This document shows, one piece after another, positions 58,599 through 64,000 of a stretch of 64,000 nt of DNA. Positions within the stretch are counted from its first letter, which is position 1, and each line of letters begins with the position of its first letter. The notes under the pieces are model-generated. The model was given only the letters and a program-made list of their open reading frames with translations. It was not told where the DNA came from and did not search any database. The stretch comes from Clostridiaceae bacterium (GTDB taxonomy: Bacteria; Bacillota; Clostridia; Oscillospirales; Acutalibacteraceae): positions 1-64,000 of the forward strand of contig JAUMVO010000008.1 in assembly GCA_030530095.1 (NCBI GenBank). Direction: 5' to 3'. The translations under genes and the position numbers were made by a program.

Positions 58599-58846
58599 TG
58601 TATCAAGTATCTTGAAACCGAGGCGTGCCGGGGCGAACGAGCACGCTGCTGCCGGTGGCAGATAAAGGCGTGCAAGTGAGGTGAAGAAACAAGGAGCAAT
58701 GCGAAGCGCTCCAAGCGAGCAGTGCGACATTTTACGAGCAAAGCGAGTATTAAGGTTCTGCCGTAGGCAGGTTCTTATGTTTCTGAGGGGCAAGTCGCTC
58801 ATTTATCCTGCTTTCACCGAAGCAATTACAGAATACGATTAATCGC

Positions 58847-61027
58847 TCAATCAAACAATCCTCTTTTGTCCATACGCATTATAATTGTAACGGTTTCTGC
58901 GCGGGAAGCACAGTCGGTCGGAGCAAGTGTGTTTGCATTCTTACCGCTGATTATACCGTTTTTTACCGCCCATATCATTGCGGTTTGTGCAAATGCGCTT
59001 ACGCGGTTTCTGTCGTTAAAGCTGTTCAGAACTTTTGAATCGGCAGATACGGCAGGAGAGTTCAGATACCGGTAAAGCATTGTAACAATCTGCTCTCTTG
59101 TTATCGTATCACCGACACCGAATTTTCCGTTGTCATAGCCTTTGACAATTCCTTTTGCTACTGCCCACTTGACTGCGTTTGTGTAATACTGAGATTCTGC
59201 TACGTCTTTAAGTGACGTTGCGGTATTTGTGTAAAACGTTAAGTCGGCGTTAGCAATTCTTGCAAGTATTACAACGAAATCCTGCCGCTGAAGCTTGTCG
59301 GCGGGACCGAAAAGTCCGTTTGAATAACCGTTAACGTAATTGTGAATGTCACAATACTTAACCGCTTCGAAGAACCAGTCGTTTTCGTGTACGTCGGGAT
59401 AACCGAAATAATAGCTGTCGTTTTCGTAAATCTCGAACTGGAAATTTGAAGTGTCCTTAACGGAATAGGTAGTGAAATTACCGTTATAGTATTGAAGCGC
59501 CTGCGCTTTATCATTGTAAACGGCGTTTTTATTAATAATCAGGCATCTTGAATTATAGGTGCTGGGTTGAGTGTACCAGATACTGTATTCGTTAGGGGAA
59601 GAAGTCAAGAATAAACTATTACCCGTAGCTCCGCTTGTAAGGTAAAGATTCTTGTATTTAAGATAGTATCCGCCTTCGGTCGCAATAACATTAAACACAC
59701 AGCAGTCTTGGGCTATATCAAGCTTTGAGTTCATAATATATGAGTTCGAAGGCGCAAGCTTGCCGTACAAATAACTGTTCCTTGAAACGGATGTTCTGGA
59801 ATAAGGATGATAGAGTACGATTCGCGTGTTATCTTTAAGCTCATTTATCTTTGTCATCTGCGTAGATAAAGCAAGCTTTTTATTACAGCCGTCACAGTAT
59901 TCGTTGCGGTCGGAGTCAATGTGTTCAACCGAATGATAAACGAATTTTCTGTCCTCACCGCATTTTGAGCAGTGCTTAAGGTCATAGCCGTCTGACGTGC
60001 AGGTAGGGTCGGAATGCGCGGTAATCTGCCAGTTGTGAGTGCATCCCGTTTTGGTAGGACTGGTAAGTCCCGCAGGAACTTTAAGTGAGAACATAAGCCA
60101 TGCAAGCTCGGGATAGTCAATAAAGACGTTGCGGTTGCCCTGAACCTGCTCAATAAGGTCGTTACGGCGCATCTCCCAAGTGTCAACGGGATCGTCCTCG
60201 CACCACTGCAGAAGCGTGTCAAGACTTTCGATTACCTTTGCGCCCGTGTTTTTGGTATCGTCACTGTCGAAAGGGGGAAGGTTCTTAGAGCTAACGTAAG
60301 AATACAGATTAGGCTGTCCCCAGCGGCAATATACATAGAGCAGAATTCTCGCAATATCGCCCTTTACGTCGTCCTTTACCTCAAATAAATCAGCCTTTGG
60401 ATTGAGCCAGTAAACAGTTACGGAATCCAGAGTACCGACTGTGGTTCCGCTTGCGAAAGCTTTATTGACGTAGCCGAAGGGATGGTCGCTTCGGGTCGAG
60501 TTGATATTATTGTCAACGGGACGCAGATGATGTAAATCAGCACCGCCGTATTTTTCATAAAACGATGCCATACTCTTAGGCCATACATGCTCGCGGCTAA
60601 GGCTGACGAGCGTCGAATTACTGGGAAAATCGGAATAGAACATAGCATAGTAATCACTGCTTCCGACGGCGTCGGTGCGCGTCCAGTAATAGGCAAGTGA
60701 TCCGGGATTCTTACCGCCGTACACGGGATAAAAGCTCTGAGTGCTGCTCATTAGAGTTTTAAGCGCGTTATATAGCTGATTGCCCTGAGAGGCGGCATAA
60801 CTGTCGGTGCTATTTGCCGCTCCGCTGAGCTTTGAGAGATTGCTGTAACTGTACTGACCGCTGTAATAGTTCCTTGCGCTTTCGGAAAGCGAGGTGCAGA
60901 CCGTATGGCGCGCGTTTGCATTTACCTGCGGTAAAGCGGGCGCTGCAGCAAATGCAGGGGAGACCGCAGATATAATTATCAGCAGTGAGATTATTATGCT
61001 TAATGTTGATTTGAATGACTTTTTCAT
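58847..61027 (-). CDS. Secreted endonuclease I-family nuclease with three C-terminal SLH (S-layer homology) repeats
   Basis: Signal peptide; endonuclease-I motifs REHVWPKS and DLHHLRPVD; Cys-rich insert; three ~55-aa SLH repeats in the last ~170 aa. Confidence 0.6.
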   Translation of the reverse strand: MKKSFKSTLSIIISLLIIISAVSPAFAAAPALPQVNANARHTVCTSLSESARNYYSGQYSYSNLSKLSGAANSTDSYAASQGNQLYNALKTLMSSTQSFYPVYGGKNPGSLAYYWTRTDAVGSSDYYAMFYSDFPSNSTLVSLSREHVWPKSMASFYEKYGGADLHHLRPVDNNINSTRSDHPFGYVNKAFASGTTVGTLDSVTVYWLNPKADLFEVKDDVKGDIARILLYVYCRWGQPNLYSYVSSKNLPPFDSDDTKNTGAKVIESLDTLLQWCEDDPVDTWEMRRNDLIEQVQGNRNVFIDYPELAWLMFSLKVPAGLTSPTKTGCTHNWQITAHSDPTCTSDGYDLKHCSKCGEDRKFVYHSVEHIDSDRNEYCDGCNKKLALSTQMTKINELKDNTRIVLYHPYSRTSVSRNSYLYGKLAPSNSYIMNSKLDIAQDCCVFNVIATEGGYYLKYKNLYLTSGATGNSLFLTSSPNEYSIWYTQPSTYNSRCLIINKNAVYNDKAQALQYYNGNFTTYSVKDTSNFQFEIYENDSYYFGYPDVHENDWFFEAVKYCDIHNYVNGYSNGLFGPADKLQRQDFVVILARIANADLTFYTNTATSLKDVAESQYYTNAVKWAVAKGIVKGYDNGKFGVGDTITREQIVTMLYRYLNSPAVSADSKVLNSFNDRNRVSAFAQTAMIWAVKNGIISGKNANTLAPTDCASRAETVTIIMRMDKRGLFD

Positions 61028-61035
61028 TTTGAAAC

Positions 61036-61062
61036 CTATAAAGAATGCCTTGAACTAATCAA
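61036..61062 (-). terminator. Hairpin terminator after the GPH symporter gene
   Basis: aatgccttga-actaa-tcaaggcatt. Confidence 0.5.
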
Positions 61063-61075
61063 GGCATTTCATTAT

Positions 61076-62491
61076 TTAAGAAGCGGATTCGTTGGATTCT
61101 CTGACCTGTTCGTAAATGGGTTGAAGCTTTTCCTTAGTCAGCGGATAAGCAAATCTGTAGAGAAGCCAGATTGCAGTGTAGGTTATGGCGGGAATAAGCG
61201 TGCATATCATAAGTATTCCCTCGCTGACGCCTTCCTTATAGCCTATTTTTGACATTTCAACCGAATCGTAACCTATTCGGCTGAGCAACGCCATTCCTAT
61301 ATAATCGGCAAGAGTCTGACCGAGCTTACGTGAGAAGGTGTAAACGGCGTATATGGCGCTTTCCGAGCGTATGCCTGTCTTAACATACTGATAGTCGATA
61401 ACATCTGCAACGACCGCCCAGTTGGTAATAGAAACAAACGAATAACCAAAGCCGATTATGAATAAAACAATCAGGAAAACAAACGGCTGATTTCTTCCCG
61501 GCTTAAATACAAAGCAAAAGATTGCTGCGGCGGCGGCAAACATTGAGCCGAAACCTGCGAGTTCTTTTTTACCAAATTTTTTAACAAGCATAGGTGTTAT
61601 GGGAATCATAAGCGCCATAGGTAAGTACTGCGCAATGGTGCCGACAATATTTAAATCAGAGTTTTCAAAATAGTTTTTGTAAAGATATGCATTATATGAA
61701 GCAAACTGAAGCTGACCGCTGATTAATATTCCTGTAATTGCAAGCACAACAAACGGTCTGCTTTTGAGCATGCCGAGATAAGTCTCTTTCATATTTACGT
61801 TCGGATGCTCTTCGGATTTGACGCGTTCTTTGGTGGTTGCGTAGCAAGCCATATAGAAGATGATTGCCATAACGCACATTGCTACTGCAAAATAGAACAT
61901 ACCGCCTGAATTAACAGTGATTTTGTCACTGTTATAAATAATTGACGGAGCAAGAAGAAGAGGCGCAGCGCCACCAATACCGCCGCCAATGGAGCGGAAA
62001 GTCGAGAGCAATGTTCTTCCGTTTGGATCATCTGTAATAACAGAAGCAAGCGATCCGAAGGGTACGTTGATACCCGTGTACATCATACCGAACATTATGT
62101 ATGTGACATAAGCGAAAACAAGTATAAGAATAGGATTGCTTGTGTGTTTTGTAATGTCATAAAAGCACATAAGTTGTGCCACTGCGACAGGTATGGAAAT
62201 CCATTTGAGATACGGCCTGAATTTTCCGTCTTTTCGCGGAGGTCTTTTGGCAACAATGCTGCCCCAAAGCGGATCGTTGACAGCGTCCCAAAGACGCGTT
62301 ATCAGAAACAGACGTTTAAGCTGATCAGGGTTGATATGCAACACCTCGGTGTAAAACAGCTTAAGCGCATAGGAAACGTAGGTAAGCACGAACAGATTGC
62401 CCGCGTCACCGAGCATATAGCCCATACCTTCCTTGATGCCGATTTTGTTCGGGTGCTGATTCTCAACAGCTTTTTCTTTTGCTTTTGCCAT
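61076..62491 (-). CDS. Glycoside-pentoside-hexuronide (GPH/MelB-like) cation symporter
   Basis: About 12 TM segments; GPH signature DAVNDPLWG. Confidence 0.75.
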   Translation of the reverse strand: MAKAKEKAVENQHPNKIGIKEGMGYMLGDAGNLFVLTYVSYALKLFYTEVLHINPDQLKRLFLITRLWDAVNDPLWGSIVAKRPPRKDGKFRPYLKWISIPVAVAQLMCFYDITKHTSNPILILVFAYVTYIMFGMMYTGINVPFGSLASVITDDPNGRTLLSTFRSIGGGIGGAAPLLLAPSIIYNSDKITVNSGGMFYFAVAMCVMAIIFYMACYATTKERVKSEEHPNVNMKETYLGMLKSRPFVVLAITGILISGQLQFASYNAYLYKNYFENSDLNIVGTIAQYLPMALMIPITPMLVKKFGKKELAGFGSMFAAAAAIFCFVFKPGRNQPFVFLIVLFIIGFGYSFVSITNWAVVADVIDYQYVKTGIRSESAIYAVYTFSRKLGQTLADYIGMALLSRIGYDSVEMSKIGYKEGVSEGILMICTLIPAITYTAIWLLYRFAYPLTKEKLQPIYEQVRESNESAS

Positions 62492-62628
62492 ATTAAAAAC
62501 TCCTTCTCCTGAATGTTTTCAGTATAGCACAATTAATTTTTATAATCAATCTGTTATACAAATTTATATATAATGTTTTTTATTGACAAATCGTAAATAA
62601 AAATCTATCATAATATCGAGGTGTAATT

Positions 62629-63432
62629 ATGCTCCGAACTGATATAGAAAGTGTAAAAATCAAAGACGGCGTTTATCTGCTGAAGGATCCGAACGGAACG
62701 AACTGTTATCTCGTTCTCGGCAGTGAAAAAGCCATGCTTATTGACTGCGGTCTTGGCTTCTGTGATATGAAGGGTGCTGTGCGTAAAATTACTGATTTAC
62801 CTATTGTTGCGGTAATGACTCACGGACACGTTGACCATATCGGGGGCGCTTGGCAGTTTGACGAGATATATCTTCATAAGGACGATTGCAGGCTGCTAAA
62901 CGATATTCAGCGTTCGTATATAATGAGAAAAATGTTTCTTAAGGGAGCAGAAGGCGCAAAGGATACACACGTCAGCTTTTCGGAATTCCGTAATAAACCA
63001 AAACCGAAAATCATAAAGCTTAACGGCGACGAAGTGTTCGACCTTGGCTCAAAAGAAATTAAGCTTCACCACACTGCAGGTCATACTTGGGGCTCAATTG
63101 CTCTCGTTGACGAGGCCGACGGAATAGTTTTCAGCGGCGACAACGTCTGCGACGCGCTGTGGATGATGCTGCCGGGAACCGCAAGTCTTGAGGAATGGCT
63201 TCCCGGTGCTCAGTGGCTTTACGAAATGAGCCTTAAATACGACGTTTATTGGGGACACCGTGTACCGAAGCTTGAAAGTGACTATATCAGTCAGGTAATC
63301 GGATGGGGTAAGGAGATACTTTCGATTTACAAGAAAAATGCAAAAATATCAAAAATTACCCAGTATCCCGACAGAAAAGACGGAATAATATTCAGAACGG
63401 GTAACGTTCATAAAAAGGAGAGGTATAAATGA
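62629..63432 (+). CDS. MBL-fold metallo-hydrolase
   Basis: THGHVDHIGG (HxHxDH) zinc-binding motif. Confidence 0.75.
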   Translation: MLRTDIESVKIKDGVYLLKDPNGTNCYLVLGSEKAMLIDCGLGFCDMKGAVRKITDLPIVAVMTHGHVDHIGGAWQFDEIYLHKDDCRLLNDIQRSYIMRKMFLKGAEGAKDTHVSFSEFRNKPKPKIIKLNGDEVFDLGSKEIKLHHTAGHTWGSIALVDEADGIVFSGDNVCDALWMMLPGTASLEEWLPGAQWLYEMSLKYDVYWGHRVPKLESDYISQVIGWGKEILSIYKKNAKISKITQYPDRKDGIIFRTGNVHKKERYK

Positions 63433-64000
63433 TTGAAAATACAACTGTGGCAGTAGTTGATATTGAGGAAAAAGTGCCGGTCAGGAGTAAGTTCTGGCTT
63501 AGTATTGCCGACTGTATGTGCGGCGTACTCAACTCGCTGATGACGGCGGGTGCGCTGACGTATTTCTTCACAACCTACTGGGGCATGAATGAAAACTACG
63601 CAAGTCTCGCTTGGATTATTTTCGGTATCTGGAACGCGGTTAACGATCCGCTGTTCGGCTTCATATCCGATAAGACCAAGTCGAAAATCGGCAGACGTCT
63701 GCCTTATATCAGATACGGCGCGATATTCTATTCTCTGTTCTTTATCATAACATGGTTCAGGTGGCCGTTCGGTGAGAGTCAGATTTCAATGTTTATTCAG
63801 CTGATTGCAGCTCTGTTCCTGTTTGACACGCTTTACACGGCAATTGCTACCTCGCTTTACGTTTTGCCATATACAATGGCGGTTTCAAATAAGGCGAGAA
63901 GCAATATCTTTATATGGAAAATCTGCTTCAGCCTTATTTCACTTGCATTCCCGCTGGTTGTTGTTCCGATAATTCAGCCCAAACCCGGTGAGCCTGCAAC
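63429..64000 (+). CDS. GPH/MFS-family sugar symporter, N-terminal part (continues past the window end)
   Basis: ATG overlaps the previous stop (ATGA); open frame to the window edge; GPH motif NAVNDPLFGFISDKT. Confidence 0.55.
   Translation, partial: MIENTTVAVVDIEEKVPVRSKFWLSIADCMCGVLNSLMTAGALTYFFTTYWGMNENYASLAWIIFGIWNAVNDPLFGFISDKTKSKIGRRLPYIRYGAIFYSLFFIITWFRWPFGESQISMFIQLIAALFLFDTLYTAIATSLYVLPYTMAVSNKARSNIFIWKICFSLISLAFPLVVVPIIQPKPGEPA

Noticed and set aside
58384-58846. Minus-strand ORFs 58452..58802 and 58457..58741, and a possible tmRNA in the tRNA-Trp downstream region
   Set aside because: ORFs are Arg/Ala-rich with no RBS and overlap repeat copies. No tmRNA hallmarks (5' GGGG acceptor strand, resume codon/tag ORF, 3' TTCGA..CCACCA) could be assembled on either strand
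1-64000. CRISPR arrays, IS elements/transposases, integrases, rRNA genes
   Set aside because: No regularly spaced short direct repeats and no transposase or integrase-like ORFs were seen; the only repeats are the coding zinc-ribbon repeats and the tRNA 3'-end duplications

Overview
This 64 kb window looks like a chromosomal core region of a Gram-positive anaerobe (Clostridia). A type-I dockerin and SLH domains point to a fibrolytic Ruminococcaceae/Oscillospiraceae-like organism, and coding density is about 90%.

Genes in order:
- + strand, 1-2.4 kb: the 3' end of tyrS, a PflX-type radical-SAM gene, mscL with an extra zinc ribbon, and a tRNA(CAT).
- - strand, 2.4-6.6 kb: a 1397-aa secreted leucine-rich-repeat protein carrying a dockerin.
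- + strand, 6.8-10.1 kb: a three-gene membrane module. It is an SPFH protein with a triple zinc-ribbon tail, a double-zinc-ribbon membrane protein, and a TPM-domain protein. It resembles B. subtilis YdjI/YdjG/YdjH but has no pspA.
- - strand, 10.2-12.4 kb: an ECF riboflavin S-component behind an FMN-riboswitch-like leader, and an acyltransferase-3 gene.
- + strand, 12.6-20.9 kb: a complete his operon (yerC-like regulator, hisZ-hisG fusion, hisD, hisC, hisB, hisH, hisA, hisF, hisIE, PHP phosphatase).
- + strand, 21.0-34.7 kb: a ZTP-riboswitch-controlled purine operon (purE, C, F, M, a short FNT-like channel, purN, purO-like IMP cyclohydrolase, AICAR-transformylase-only purH, purD, large purL, fhs).
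- + strand, 34.8-39.4 kb: a DUF896 gene and a ParE/ParC-like type IIA topoisomerase pair.
- + strand, 39.8-43.6 kb: the rpmG-secE-nusG-rplK-rplA-rplJ-rplL cluster with the L10 leader.
- 43.7-48.4 kb: a small peptide ORF, a lipoprotein, and a Rex-controlled rex-icd-acn operon.
- 48.6-53.9 kb: ftsK, a DUF3006 membrane protein, rpsB and tsf.
- 54.1 kb: tRNA-Ser(CGA).
- 54.6-58.1 kb: an MFS transporter and a secreted lipase-like protein.
- 58.3 kb: tRNA-Trp.
- 58.8-64.0 kb: an SLH-anchored endonuclease-I nuclease, a GPH symporter, an MBL hydrolase and a second partial GPH transporter.

The most unusual signals:
1. A PspA-less SPFH/zinc-ribbon/TPM envelope module.
2. Two tRNA genes whose 3' end plus terminator is directly duplicated 171 and 216 bp downstream, with related inserted sequence between the copies. 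This is an att-scar-like miniature element family.
3. A formate-handling pur operon with an FNT-like channel, a split purO/purH and fhs.
4. A hisZ-hisG fusion.
5. Cell-surface LRR-dockerin and SLH-nuclease proteins.

No CRISPR array, transposase, integrase or rRNA was seen.
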